Assembly: GCA_050745985.1 (NCBI GenBank)
Contig: JBOGLG010000046.1
Location: 29,398-93,397, forward strand
DNA: 64,000 bases
Origin: Terriglobales bacterium
GTDB lineage: Bacteria; Acidobacteriota; Terriglobia; Terriglobales; Acidobacteriaceae
Direction: 5' to 3'
Shown here: positions 35,629 to 45,064 of the stretch, piece after piece
How the letters are laid out: each line of letters starts with the position of its first letter
How positions within the stretch are numbered: the stretch's first letter is position 1
Translations under genes and position numbers: made by a program
Notes under the pieces: model-generated
Seen by the model: only the letters and a program-made list of their open reading frames with translations
Database searches by the model: none
Told to the model about the DNA's origin: nothing

Positions 35629-36168
35629 ATGGCTACCACGCTTGCCCCGGTTGATTCACGGGAAGTGGTTCGTTGTGATCGTTGCCTGCTGGTCCAATTT
35701 CGCACCACTAACAATCTGTGCCGTCGCTGCCATGGTTCGTTAGACGAGGACGAGCCGGAAATAGTTTCGGCTCCACCCCCGCCGCAGATGATGCCGACAA
35801 ATGGCCATCATCACGGCCATCTGCATCTGGCAACTGCCATCCGGTCTATTCGCCTGGGGAGCGGTCTCAGCCAGCGGCAATTGGCGATGCGAATGTCAGT
35901 GCCTCGAACCTACGTTTCCAAGATTGAAAATGAGAAAGCCACGCCTACCCTATCCTCTTTGGAGAGGTTGGCCAAGGCGCTGGAAGTGACCGTACCCGAT
36001 CTGCTCAGTGGCGGGGAGCGCAATCGGCAGCAGGAGGTCCGCGAACTGATGCAGGATGCCTTCATCACTGAAATGCTGCCTTTTGTGACGCAACTGAACG
36101 GGATGCAGATGTCGAGCATCCTGACCCAGGTGCGCGATCTGACGGTGCGGCCGAGAAGAAGCGCGTAG
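35629..36168 (+). CDS. XRE-family HTH transcriptional regulator with N-terminal zinc-ribbon
   Basis: CDRC...x13...CRRCH ribbon, a His-rich linker (NGHHHGHLH), and HTH_3 (LSQRQLAMRMSVPRTYVSKIENEKATPTLSSLERLAKAL). Confidence 0.85.
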   Translation: MATTLAPVDSREVVRCDRCLLVQFRTTNNLCRRCHGSLDEDEPEIVSAPPPPQMMPTNGHHHGHLHLATAIRSIRLGSGLSQRQLAMRMSVPRTYVSKIENEKATPTLSSLERLAKALEVTVPDLLSGGERNRQQEVRELMQDAFITEMLPFVTQLNGMQMSSILTQVRDLTVRPRRSA

Positions 36169-36231
36169 TTCGCATGCGGGGCGAGGGTGACCGCGCCATG
36201 CAAAGTTTATCCGGGCAACCAGCCAACTAAC

Positions 36232-36260
36232 AGCCGGGATCGCGAGATCCCGGCTTTTTT
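36232..36260 (+). terminator. Rho-independent terminator between convergent XRE and malQ genes
   Basis: AGCCGGGATC-gcga-GATCCCGGCT, a perfect 10-bp stem, followed by TTTTTT. Confidence 0.8.
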
Positions 36261-36267
36261 GCGGTCT

Positions 36268-37791
36268 TCAAGCGGCAAACGGTTCGTCGGGAGGAACGGC
36301 CAGTGGTTGTGGAAGCCGGTCGGCGACTTCGGCCAGTGCCGCCAGCTTCGCCGCCAATTCCGGACGTAATGCTCCGGGCTGGAAGCGCCAGCGAAAGTTT
36401 CCTGTCTTCACGCTGGGGACATTGAGACGCGCCTCACTCCCCAATCCCAGCACGTCTTGTAAAGGAGCCACGGACAGGCTGGCCGGGGAGCCCTGCGCCG
36501 CTCGAATCATCGCCCAGTTCATGCCATCCTCACAGCAGCCGAGACAGGCAAGGGCCGAGCGCCGCTCGTGTTCACTGGCGCCGCCCTGCCACCAGCCCAT
36601 AGTGGTGTCGTTATCGTGGGTGCCGGTGTAGACCACGTGATCCGGCGTAAGGCGATGGGGCAGGTACTGGTGCGCGCCGGGATCGCCGAAGCCGAACTGG
36701 AGCACCGCCATTCCCGGAATCTTGTGGTTCTCGCGCAGCGCGTGAACGTCAGGAGTAATGTAGCCCAGGTCCTCGGCGAAAAACGGCAGGCTGCCCAGTT
36801 CCTGGCGGAGGCGGTTGAAGAAATCGTCACGCGGACCGTCCACCCATCGGCCGTTTATTGCGGTTTCATCGGCGGCGGGAATCTCCCAGAATTGCGCAAA
36901 GCCGCGGAAGTGGTCCAGGCGAATGTAGTCACAGGTCTGGGTGGCCCAGCGCAGCCGTCGCACCCACCATTGATAGTTTCGCGTCCGCATCACTTCCCAG
37001 TCGTACAGCGGATTGCCCCAACGCTGGCCGGTGGCGCTGTAGGCATCGGGAGGAACCCCGGCCACAACTTCGGGGTCGAGCTTGTCATTCAAGCGAAAAA
37101 GCTCGCGGTTGGCCCACACGTCGGCGCTTTCGTAGTCCACAAAGATGGCAATGTCGCCCACTACGCAGACCGATTTCCCGGCACAATAGCGTCGCAAAGC
37201 ACGCCACTGCTCATAGAAAAAGAATTGGAGCACGCGGAGGATCGCCAACTCGGAAGCCAGATCCGTCCGCGCGGCCGCCAGCGCCTCGGGCTGGCGCCGG
37301 GCCAAGTCCTTCGGCCAGTCCTTCCAGAACTTTACCCGGTGGCGCGCCTGCAAGGCATGGTAGAGAACAAAATCCTCCAGCCACCAGAAGTTCTCATCAC
37401 AGAATCGGTCAAACCGGGAACGTTGCTCGCCATTGGCTGAAGCCAGAAACTTTCCGCAGGCTTCATTTAGCAGCGGCAACTTGCTCCGGCGAACTTCTTC
37501 GTAGTCAATAGGCCCAACTGACTCGGGAAGCTGCTGGAGGCTGATCCAGCCGCGCTCCGCCAGACGCTCCAGGCTGATCAGCAGCGGGTTGCCGGCAAAG
37601 GCTGAAGTCGTGGAGTAGGGAGAATCTCCATTGGCGGGCGGCCCCAGGGGAAGGACCTGCCACAAGCCTTGCCGCGCAGACGCTAGAAAGTCAACGAACT
37701 CATAGGCCGCCGGGCCAAAGTCGCCAATTCCGCCGCGCGACGGCAGCGAAACCGGGTGGAGCAGGATTCCAGTGGTGCGAGGAAATGGCAT
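36268..37791 (-). CDS. malQ: 4-alpha-glucanotransferase (GH77)
   Basis: 507 aa. GILLHPVSLPS..., IRLDHFRGF, FAEDLG, YTGTHDNDT. Confidence 0.92.
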   Translation of the reverse strand: MPFPRTTGILLHPVSLPSRGGIGDFGPAAYEFVDFLASARQGLWQVLPLGPPANGDSPYSTTSAFAGNPLLISLERLAERGWISLQQLPESVGPIDYEEVRRSKLPLLNEACGKFLASANGEQRSRFDRFCDENFWWLEDFVLYHALQARHRVKFWKDWPKDLARRQPEALAAARTDLASELAILRVLQFFFYEQWRALRRYCAGKSVCVVGDIAIFVDYESADVWANRELFRLNDKLDPEVVAGVPPDAYSATGQRWGNPLYDWEVMRTRNYQWWVRRLRWATQTCDYIRLDHFRGFAQFWEIPAADETAINGRWVDGPRDDFFNRLRQELGSLPFFAEDLGYITPDVHALRENHKIPGMAVLQFGFGDPGAHQYLPHRLTPDHVVYTGTHDNDTTMGWWQGGASEHERRSALACLGCCEDGMNWAMIRAAQGSPASLSVAPLQDVLGLGSEARLNVPSVKTGNFRWRFQPGALRPELAAKLAALAEVADRLPQPLAVPPDEPFAA

Positions 37792-37938
37792 GTAGTCCTA
37801 TGATTCCATCTTCACTTTTCTGGGCTATGCGGACAAGAAGATTTGCGCCTGTTAACGCGATATTCCCCCGCGCCTGGCACGAAATGGAACCGCTGCTGAG
37901 GGTTTAGACTGATGCAGCGCAATCTCGACAGTCGGAAG

Positions 37939-39933
37939 CTATTCGCCCTCGTCCTCGCCGCTCTGCCGCCGGGTCAGACTCTTCAGTTCTTGCTCGTTGA
38001 TCTTGATCTTGCCTGACTTTTCCATCTGCTGGCGAAGATTGCTGACGAACAAACCAAACAGTTCTTGCTGCTTGGTCTGGCGCAACGAATCCCGTATCTG
38101 GTCTTTCTTGGCTGCATATTCCTGGTCGTTGGGCTCTTGCTTATCAAGCACCGATAGCACGGCTCCGCTGTCGCCGCTGTCAAGGGGTCCGCTAATCTCC
38201 CCGATTTTAAGCGTAAAAGCGACCGCCGCCGGGCCCGACATTGCTCCCAGGTCCGGAACCTGGCCATCCGGCGCTACCAGATCGCTGGTCTTCACCGTGG
38301 CGCCAACCTCTTTGGCCGCTTTTTTCAAATCGTGCTCAGACTTGGCGCGGTCGGAAAGCTCCTGAGTCTTTTGTTTGAGCAGGGCCGCTGCGCGTGATTC
38401 TTTGAACTCATTTTCCACACGCGCGCGAATATCCTCAAAACTGGGGGTGCCGGGCGGCTGGATGGCGAGCACCTGGTAAACCACAAAGCCCTGCGACAGC
38501 GCCGCTTCGTCGGGCGGAGATTTATCCGGCGCATTGAATACAGCGTCCATAAGCTGCGGGGCATTGCCAATCCCCGGCAAGGTATCCGTGCGACGGACGA
38601 AATCGGTGCTCACCACTTGCAACCCCTTCGCCGCTGCCGCCTTGTCGAGGCCGACGGAGCGCGCTTGCGACACCAGAGCGGTCGCCTCGGCGTCCGCTGC
38701 CTGGGAAGCTTTCTGCGCCTTGATGATCGGCTCGATCTGGTCCTTGACATCGTCAAGCGTCTTGGCGTGGGCCTCCTGCTTATCATCGACGTGCAGGATC
38801 ACAAAAGCATACCCAGCATTGATCAGGTCGCTATTCGCGCCTTTGGCAAGTGAGAAGGCGGCCTTCTCGACTTCGGGTACGGGAAATTCTCCGCGCTTTA
38901 CCCATCCAATCGAGCCCCCGGTCTTGCCGCTGGGATCGTCAGAGTATTTCTTGGCCATGTCTTCAAATTTCGCCCCGGCCTTCAATTCCCGCAGAGCCTC
39001 TTCCCCCTTCTTGCGGGCCTCTTCCACGCCTTTAGGATCAACCTTGCCATCCGGGCCGGGCAGCGGAGTCTTGATCAGGATCTGGCGAACGTTGACCTGC
39101 TCCGGCACACGATACTCGTCGCGATGCTGATCGTAGTAATCCGCAATCTCCTGATGGCTGACTGGCACTCCGGCCTGGATCTTCGAGGTCTCGAGCAGCG
39201 CATACTTGATCTTGCGCTTTTCCGGAATGGAGTTCGCATACGACGCCTTATGCTGATCGTAGTAAGCCTTCAGTTCAGCTTCGGCCGGGTGGATCGACTT
39301 AAGAATGTCTTCCTTCCTCAGGACCGCGTAATCGAACTTGACCTTGGTATTGTCTTCCAGGAACTTCTTGTGCACTTCGGTATCGGTAACCAGGGCGCTG
39401 CCCGCCACGAGATTGCGCAGTTTTTCCAGAAGGATGTCTTCCTTTACGCTTTTCTCGAATTGCGTGATGGTTAAATTGGCTTGTTGCAGGCGTTCCTCGT
39501 ATGCATTCTGGCCAATGAAGTTGCCTTGGGGGAAAAAGACCGGTGCGTAGCGGCCGTGTTGCAATTCGTCGCGCACGTCATCGTCAGTCGCGTGCAGTCC
39601 GAGGCGCCGTGCCTCGGCCACAATAGCGCTCCGGCTGATAAGCTGCTGCGCCGCCTGCGAGGCGAAGTAGGGCATCAACATGGTGGCCTGGGCCCCACCC
39701 TGGGGGAATTGCTGTTGCACCATCTGCCGGGCTTCGCGCTGTACTTCCTGGCTGGTAATGTCGTCCCCCGCCACGGTTGCGACCACGCCCTTGGCCGGGG
39801 CGCCCGTACCGAAAAAGTCAGTGCTGCCAAAGCCGGGGACCAAAGTGATGACCATGAACACGCAGATAATGGTCAAGAGGCCGCCAAGAATCACCTTCTT
39901 GAGAGGCCCGGGGGTTTGTAAGAATCGAATCAT
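37939..39933 (-). CDS. PpiD-like periplasmic chaperone / peptidyl-prolyl isomerase
   Basis: N-terminal anchor (VILGGLLTIICVFMVITLV), a SurA-N-like domain, and a parvulin segment (VRQILIKT...GGSIGWVKRGEF). 664 aa. Confidence 0.85.
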   Translation of the reverse strand: MIRFLQTPGPLKKVILGGLLTIICVFMVITLVPGFGSTDFFGTGAPAKGVVATVAGDDITSQEVQREARQMVQQQFPQGGAQATMLMPYFASQAAQQLISRSAIVAEARRLGLHATDDDVRDELQHGRYAPVFFPQGNFIGQNAYEERLQQANLTITQFEKSVKEDILLEKLRNLVAGSALVTDTEVHKKFLEDNTKVKFDYAVLRKEDILKSIHPAEAELKAYYDQHKASYANSIPEKRKIKYALLETSKIQAGVPVSHQEIADYYDQHRDEYRVPEQVNVRQILIKTPLPGPDGKVDPKGVEEARKKGEEALRELKAGAKFEDMAKKYSDDPSGKTGGSIGWVKRGEFPVPEVEKAAFSLAKGANSDLINAGYAFVILHVDDKQEAHAKTLDDVKDQIEPIIKAQKASQAADAEATALVSQARSVGLDKAAAAKGLQVVSTDFVRRTDTLPGIGNAPQLMDAVFNAPDKSPPDEAALSQGFVVYQVLAIQPPGTPSFEDIRARVENEFKESRAAALLKQKTQELSDRAKSEHDLKKAAKEVGATVKTSDLVAPDGQVPDLGAMSGPAAVAFTLKIGEISGPLDSGDSGAVLSVLDKQEPNDQEYAAKKDQIRDSLRQTKQQELFGLFVSNLRQQMEKSGKIKINEQELKSLTRRQSGEDEGE

Positions 39934-40082
39934 CTGGTTGTCACTCCAAGGGATAAGAGCAGAAGAGTAAATTATAAACTAAAGCATTGGTTGCGGTCGG
40001 TTGGGACCGGGTCAGGGGAATCCCCGGCTCGTGGAAGGAAGAAACACCGCTCGAAAGTCGCAATCACCGGTCTTTTTCGAAT

Positions 40083-41447
40083 CTAGGAGTCCTCCGGGGG
40101 CAGCTCGAAATTCACCAGGTTGCCGCGGAAGCCACGCGTCTTCCAGGCACCGAAGGCGATGCCCGCCGCCATCCAGAGGGCCCCAAAAACCAGGGCCTTG
40201 GGGCTGAGGTTGATCCACAAGGCAAAACAAATGACGAACCCGAACAGCGGCGGCAACAGATTGCTCAGCTTTTTGTCTTTTTCGTGCAGATAGTAACGAA
40301 CAAATGCCGCAAGGTTCACGCCCATGAACGCAATCAGCGCGCCGAAGTTCAACAGGTTCGCGCCCAGTTCGTAGCCAGTCGCCGCGCCGGCTATGGCTGG
40401 CAGAACGAAGGCGCCTGCCAGAGCTAGTGCGCCCACGAAAAGTACATTATTGCGCGGCACGTGGCGCTTGGGATCGACTGCCCCGAAGAACGACTTCGGT
40501 AGTGCGCTGCTTCGGCCCATGCCATAGAGCAGGCGCGCGGCACCGAGTTGTGCGCCCATGCCAGACCCGAAGTTGGCCACCACCAGGGTAAAACCCACAA
40601 TCGCAAATAGAGGCGCCCAGGCGCGTCCCGCCACGAAGGTGAACGCCGTATCCACATTCGGATAGGCCTCAGAAGCCGGCCAGATCAACTGAGCGGCATA
40701 GACTTGCAGCGCGGATAAGATCCCGATGACCACGCAAACCAGCACGGTTGCGAGGAGAATATTTCGCCGGGGATTTTCCGCCTCCTCCGATAGTGTCGAG
40801 ATGCCATCGAACCCGATGTATGTGAGCACCGCCACCGAAGTTCCGCCCAGCACGGTCTTTGTGTTCCAGGTCTGGGGATCGTAAAAAGGTCGGGTGAAGT
40901 ACCCCGCGGCATGTGGCCCCCCGAAAATGTAGCGAGCCGCAGCCACGAAAAAGATCGCGATCACCACGCCCATGCCTACTGCCAGGGCAGTGTTCACCCG
41001 CGCGGAAGTCTTGACGCCCTGGACGTTAAGCGCGGTGAACACCAGGGCAAAAAAAGTTGCCCAAACACCATAGGAAATTCCGGGAGCGAACACATGCGCC
41101 TGCTGGCTGATCCAGATGATGCAGATCATGGGATTCAGCATGTAGTCCATCACCATGCTCCATCCGGTGACGTAGCCAAGCGCTGGATTGATTTCCTGGC
41201 CAACGTAGGTGAACGCCGAGCCCGCACTCGGATAAGCCCGCGCCATGCGGCCATAACTGATCGCCGTAAACAGCATGGCCACCATGGCGATCAGGATGGT
41301 GGTCACTACGTGTCCGTGGCCGCGCTGGCTGAGCACGCCGAACACCGACATGGGAGCGACCGGCTGAATGACGATTACGCCGTAAAGAATTAGATCCCAA
41401 AGAGTAAGGGTGCGCCGCAGACGGGCTGGAGCGGGAGTGGTGGCCAT
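40083..41447 (-). CDS. APC-family amino acid permease
   Basis: 454 aa with about 12 TM helices. N-terminus TLWDLILYGVIVIQPVAPMSVFG is typical of APC transporters. Confidence 0.9.
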   Translation of the reverse strand: MATTPAPARLRRTLTLWDLILYGVIVIQPVAPMSVFGVLSQRGHGHVVTTILIAMVAMLFTAISYGRMARAYPSAGSAFTYVGQEINPALGYVTGWSMVMDYMLNPMICIIWISQQAHVFAPGISYGVWATFFALVFTALNVQGVKTSARVNTALAVGMGVVIAIFFVAAARYIFGGPHAAGYFTRPFYDPQTWNTKTVLGGTSVAVLTYIGFDGISTLSEEAENPRRNILLATVLVCVVIGILSALQVYAAQLIWPASEAYPNVDTAFTFVAGRAWAPLFAIVGFTLVVANFGSGMGAQLGAARLLYGMGRSSALPKSFFGAVDPKRHVPRNNVLFVGALALAGAFVLPAIAGAATGYELGANLLNFGALIAFMGVNLAAFVRYYLHEKDKKLSNLLPPLFGFVICFALWINLSPKALVFGALWMAAGIAFGAWKTRGFRGNLVNFELPPEDS

Positions 41448-41504
41448 CTCGGCGTATTGGATTACGAGCGCGGGAAACTGTCAATATTAAAACGATTTCG
41501 TCGC

Positions 41505-41539
41505 TTAAACCACACGGCTCACAGGGGGACACAGAGAAC
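41505..41539. repeat. solo half-copy of the CACAGRGG-type REP-like element
   Basis: TTAAACCACACGGCTCACAGGGGGACACAGAGAAC lies 12 nt downstream of the stop of the 1139-aa gene. It has the same TTAA(A)CCACA + three CACAGRGG-like units as the left arm at 44982. No inverted partner was seen nearby. Confidence 0.45.
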
Positions 41540-41550
41540 TTTCGACAATC

Positions 41551-44500
41551 TTAATGGCGGTACTCAAACCCGTAGCCTCGCGCCTCGTTGCCCGACATGT
41601 ACCGCGTGTTGAATTCGAGAAGGTACTTCAAATGCTCGTCATCCAGCGGGAACTCCTTCCCGGGATATGGATATCTGCCCATTTCCCCGAATGGCAGTGG
41701 AGCGACGTGATCAAAATCATAGGCGTAGAAATCCATGTCCTTTTCGTAGCCATGGGCCGCGTAGAAATAATCGCGCACCCAGCCGCTGGGCAGAGCCGGC
41801 AGCTTTGCAGGATCGAAGTCCAAAGCTGCTTCATCGCCCGATCCGAACACCGCCAGTCGATCATCGAGTGCAGTCAGCAGCGAAAGGACATCGCCGTAGC
41901 GTGTGTAATTGCCCGCGGGGCGGGTGTACGGGCCAGTGGCGCTGGCCTGCTCATAGATGTACTGCACATTCCCTGGCGGGCGGCCTTCGATCTTCAAGGG
42001 GAATCCGTGGAAGTCGAGAGTTGCGCGGGCCAGCGGCACGCTGCTTATCCGCACTCGCTGATCCTGCGAAGCACGGCTGATCAAAATGTCGTTCCAGTAG
42101 ATCTGCAAATTGGTGGAGATACGAATTCGCCGGGTTCCCGCTGGCAGTTTGCCGGTCAGGTCCGCCGTCATAGTGCGGGGGCCACCGGCGGGGAAGCCCA
42201 TGTCTTCGATGACGCGCGTCCATTTGCCGTTAGCGCCGAGCGCTTCGACGTAGGGAGCGATGGGTTGCAGCCCGGCTTGGTCGGCGGCGTACATTCCTGT
42301 CGCGCTGAAGTACTCGATCTCGCCGTGCATCAGCAACCACAGCGGCCCGCCGAGATACGACTCCCCAAGATCGAGTTCAAGGCTATGCATCTTGGTGAAT
42401 CCGGCGAATGGCAGCACCTCGAAATCACCGATGTAACGATGGGCCAGCAGATCAGGCAGCAAGTTGTGGCCATGCTCGTCGGTTGCCGCCGCAGGTGGGC
42501 GCGCATCGCGGCTGAATACAACCTTAAATGGCGGGTACGGAGGATTGCTGGCGAAATACTCGTTGGGATAGACGTCCAAATCCGCCGGGTGATCAATGGC
42601 GAGCAGCTCAACCTGATCGAGATAAACGGCTTCTTCGAGCGGCTCCATAAAACGAAAGCTCAGCTTGCCGTTTTTTTCTTGAATCGAGTCTCGAGGAATC
42701 TTCACATACTCGATTGGCCGCGGAATGTTGCGCTGGCCCGGCCCTACCCAGTGCCCGACCACGCCTGCGCCGAGCATGTCACCAACCAGCTTGTAGCGCT
42801 CACCATCCCAAACAAACAACGTCGGACAAGAACTCCCGCGGCGATCAATCTCCATAAACTTGTGCTCACGGTCGGCAGGGACATTGACTTCGTCCTGCAA
42901 GACTCCCGTGGGCCAGAGCATGCGGATAACATCGGCTTGCTTAGCCTGGCCGAGGCCAACTGTCAGTTGTAACGAGTTCTGGCCGAGGTAACCAGACGAC
43001 CCGGCGATCTCGAACTTCTGGCGATTGCCGCCGGCAAAGACTTCGACCTTGGTCCCTATCGCGCTCTTGTTGTCGGCAAGCCCGGTGAGGCTCAAGCGAA
43101 TCCAGTGGTTCTGATTGCCGCCTTCGTTGCGCAAGAGCACCGCCGGGCCGAGATTCTGCGTTATGAGCAGATCCGCGGCACCATCGTTGTCAAAGTCGGT
43201 GACAGTGATCGAGCGCGGCTCATCCAACTCGAGTTCTGACAGCCCGACTTCAGCGCTTACATCTTTGAATCCGGATGGGCCGAGGTTCCGAAACAATCGC
43301 ACTTCGGCTTTGCCGTTCGCCGTTTCTCCAATCGCGACAAGGTCAACCCAGCCGTCGTTGTCGTAGTCAAACGCAACAAGGCCCCAAGCCTTTGCCCAAT
43401 TACTCATTGGCAGAGGGACGCGCTTGAATCCCTTACCTTCCTCATCGCGCCATAAGCTGATGCCCGGTGCGTCAGATTCTGTGAACGCATAGTCCATCCA
43501 GCCATCGTGATCGAAATCCAACGCCACCACCGCGTTGGTGAATTGTGAAATGTCTGAGGCCCAGGGCGTGCGTTGAATAAACCTACCTTCTCGCGGATTC
43601 TCAAGAATGACCGGCGAAGCCCTCCAACGCGTGAGGAGCAAATCAACGGCACGATCATTGTTGTAGTCCGTACCGATTGCCGCCAGGTTTGGCGCTGATC
43701 CTTCCAGCCCTGCGGCCTTCGTCACATCCGCGAATGTGCCGTTTCCATTGTTACGCCACATCCGATTGGGAGGATGCGAAAAGGCATAGGTGAGCGGACT
43801 TGGACGTTTGTTGTCTCGTTGGGCCTCGTCCATGAATCGAGTGACAAAGAGGTCCAGGTCGCCATCATGGTCATAGTCTGTGAATAGTGGAGCCTCCTGA
43901 AACCATTCCTGCTTTAATCCTGCATTTTCGGCAAGGTCCTTGAATGTGCCGTCTTTCTCGTTGTGGTAGAGGCGAAGATGAGTGCCCGCAGTAACAGCAA
44001 GATCGGGAGCGCCATCGTTGTCGTAGTCGCCAACTGCGCAAGCGGTCGCATTTATTTCGACACCGGCATGGCGAGTGACATCTTCGAACTTTCCGCCCAG
44101 GTTGTGGAACAATCCTTTGCCCGCTACGAATAAATCAATCCGCCCGTCGCCGTCGTAGTCGATCCAGCACGCCCCAGTTCCGAGCCGCAGCATCGGATTA
44201 CCGCCCGTACCCGCGGGTCTCGTAATCGGCAGTCCCACCTGTTTGGTTACATCCACAAACCGCACCTTGATCTGCTCCGGCACTTTTTCCGGCGCCAGCG
44301 GCGACTCCTCCGCCAGAGAATATTTCCCCTGCTCGCCGTAAGCCAAGCTGATGGGCAAGCCCAGCTTGTTTTGCATGATGTACTGAAAGCGCACCAGATG
44401 TTGGCGGGCGCGACTGAGATCGCCCGACTGCTGGTAGGCGCGTGAAAGTCCAAACTCCGCCGATGCATGCTGCGGATTCAGTTTCAGCGCATGCTCAAAC

Positions 44501-44970
44501 GCGCCCATCGCTTCGGGATACTGCCTATTCTCCGCATAGGTCGCGCCCAGGAAATACCAACTATCGGCGTCACCGGGGTCGATTTCTGTGACGTGACGGA
44601 AGGCCTCGATGGCAGCCTTCGCATCGCCGCTATTCTTGAAGAGCAATCCGAGGTTGTACCACGCATGGGGATCGATGGCATTCTGTTTCACGGCCTCATC
44701 CAGCAACGGCCGGGCGGCATCGACCTTGCCCAGATTCAGCAACGCGATCCCTTGGTTTAATCGCGCGATCTGAAGTTTAGGGTCAAGTGACGCCGCGTCT
44801 TGGAATGCTTTCAATGCCTTTTCAAAGAGCTGCTGATTCATGTAGGCGGCGCCGAGATTATTGAGGCCCGCAGCCTGGGTAGCGTTCTTGGGCTTTTGTG
44901 GAGATGCAGCGAAAAGAACTGCACACGCTGCCAGAATTCCGGCAAGAAAGATTGCGATTCGTTGCGCCAT
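41551..44970 (-). CDS. secreted TPR + FG-GAP/VCBS repeat + UnbV/ASPIC protein with ~430-aa uncharacterised C-terminal domain
   Basis: Signal peptide MAQRIAIFLAGILAACAVLFA. N-terminal TPRs. Repeated D.D.DG calcium-loop motifs (DYDGDGRIDLF, DYDNDGAPDL, DYDHDGDLDLF, DFDHDGWMD, DYDNDGWVDL, DFDNDGAADL). UnbV signature GSSGYLGQNSLQLTVGLG. Confidence 0.85.
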   Translation of the reverse strand: MAQRIAIFLAGILAACAVLFAASPQKPKNATQAAGLNNLGAAYMNQQLFEKALKAFQDAASLDPKLQIARLNQGIALLNLGKVDAARPLLDEAVKQNAIDPHAWYNLGLLFKNSGDAKAAIEAFRHVTEIDPGDADSWYFLGATYAENRQYPEAMGAFEHALKLNPQHASAEFGLSRAYQQSGDLSRARQHLVRFQYIMQNKLGLPISLAYGEQGKYSLAEESPLAPEKVPEQIKVRFVDVTKQVGLPITRPAGTGGNPMLRLGTGACWIDYDGDGRIDLFVAGKGLFHNLGGKFEDVTRHAGVEINATACAVGDYDNDGAPDLAVTAGTHLRLYHNEKDGTFKDLAENAGLKQEWFQEAPLFTDYDHDGDLDLFVTRFMDEAQRDNKRPSPLTYAFSHPPNRMWRNNGNGTFADVTKAAGLEGSAPNLAAIGTDYNNDRAVDLLLTRWRASPVILENPREGRFIQRTPWASDISQFTNAVVALDFDHDGWMDYAFTESDAPGISLWRDEEGKGFKRVPLPMSNWAKAWGLVAFDYDNDGWVDLVAIGETANGKAEVRLFRNLGPSGFKDVSAEVGLSELELDEPRSITVTDFDNDGAADLLITQNLGPAVLLRNEGGNQNHWIRLSLTGLADNKSAIGTKVEVFAGGNRQKFEIAGSSGYLGQNSLQLTVGLGQAKQADVIRMLWPTGVLQDEVNVPADREHKFMEIDRRGSSCPTLFVWDGERYKLVGDMLGAGVVGHWVGPGQRNIPRPIEYVKIPRDSIQEKNGKLSFRFMEPLEEAVYLDQVELLAIDHPADLDVYPNEYFASNPPYPPFKVVFSRDARPPAAATDEHGHNLLPDLLAHRYIGDFEVLPFAGFTKMHSLELDLGESYLGGPLWLLMHGEIEYFSATGMYAADQAGLQPIAPYVEALGANGKWTRVIEDMGFPAGGPRTMTADLTGKLPAGTRRIRISTNLQIYWNDILISRASQDQRVRISSVPLARATLDFHGFPLKIEGRPPGNVQYIYEQASATGPYTRPAGNYTRYGDVLSLLTALDDRLAVFGSGDEAALDFDPAKLPALPSGWVRDYFYAAHGYEKDMDFYAYDFDHVAPLPFGEMGRYPYPGKEFPLDDEHLKYLLEFNTRYMSGNEARGYGFEYRH

Positions 44971-44981
44971 GCGAAAACCAG

Positions 44982-45064
44982 TTAACCACAGAGGACACAG
45001 AGGAGCACAGGGGTTTCTCTTTCCATCGATTTTCTCCGTGACCCTTTGTGTCCGCTGTGGTTAA
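44982..45064. repeat. REP-like imperfect palindrome (22-nt arms, 20/22 complementary) with tandem CACAGAGGA units
   Basis: The left arm is TTAACCACAGAGGACACAGAGG (44982-45003). The right arm is CCTTTGTGTCCGCTGTGGTTAA (45043-45064). The 39-nt spacer begins with a third degenerate unit (AGCACAGGGG). The right arm contains the stop codon (45061-45063) of the CRTAC1-like gene. Confidence 0.7.

Noticed and set aside
41554-42972. Long antisense ORFs opposite real genes: 472 aa here, and also 45169-46182 (+), 55815-56852 (-), 62367-63533 (-), 29078-30055 (-), 27235-27963 (-), 995-1726 (-) and 36568-37440 (+).
   Set aside because: Each lies fully inside a gene with clear family motifs on the other strand. 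The translations are Arg/Gly/Pro/Ala-rich low-complexity sequences typical of shadow ORFs in high-G+C DNA. None has a recognisable motif or plausible ribosome-binding site.
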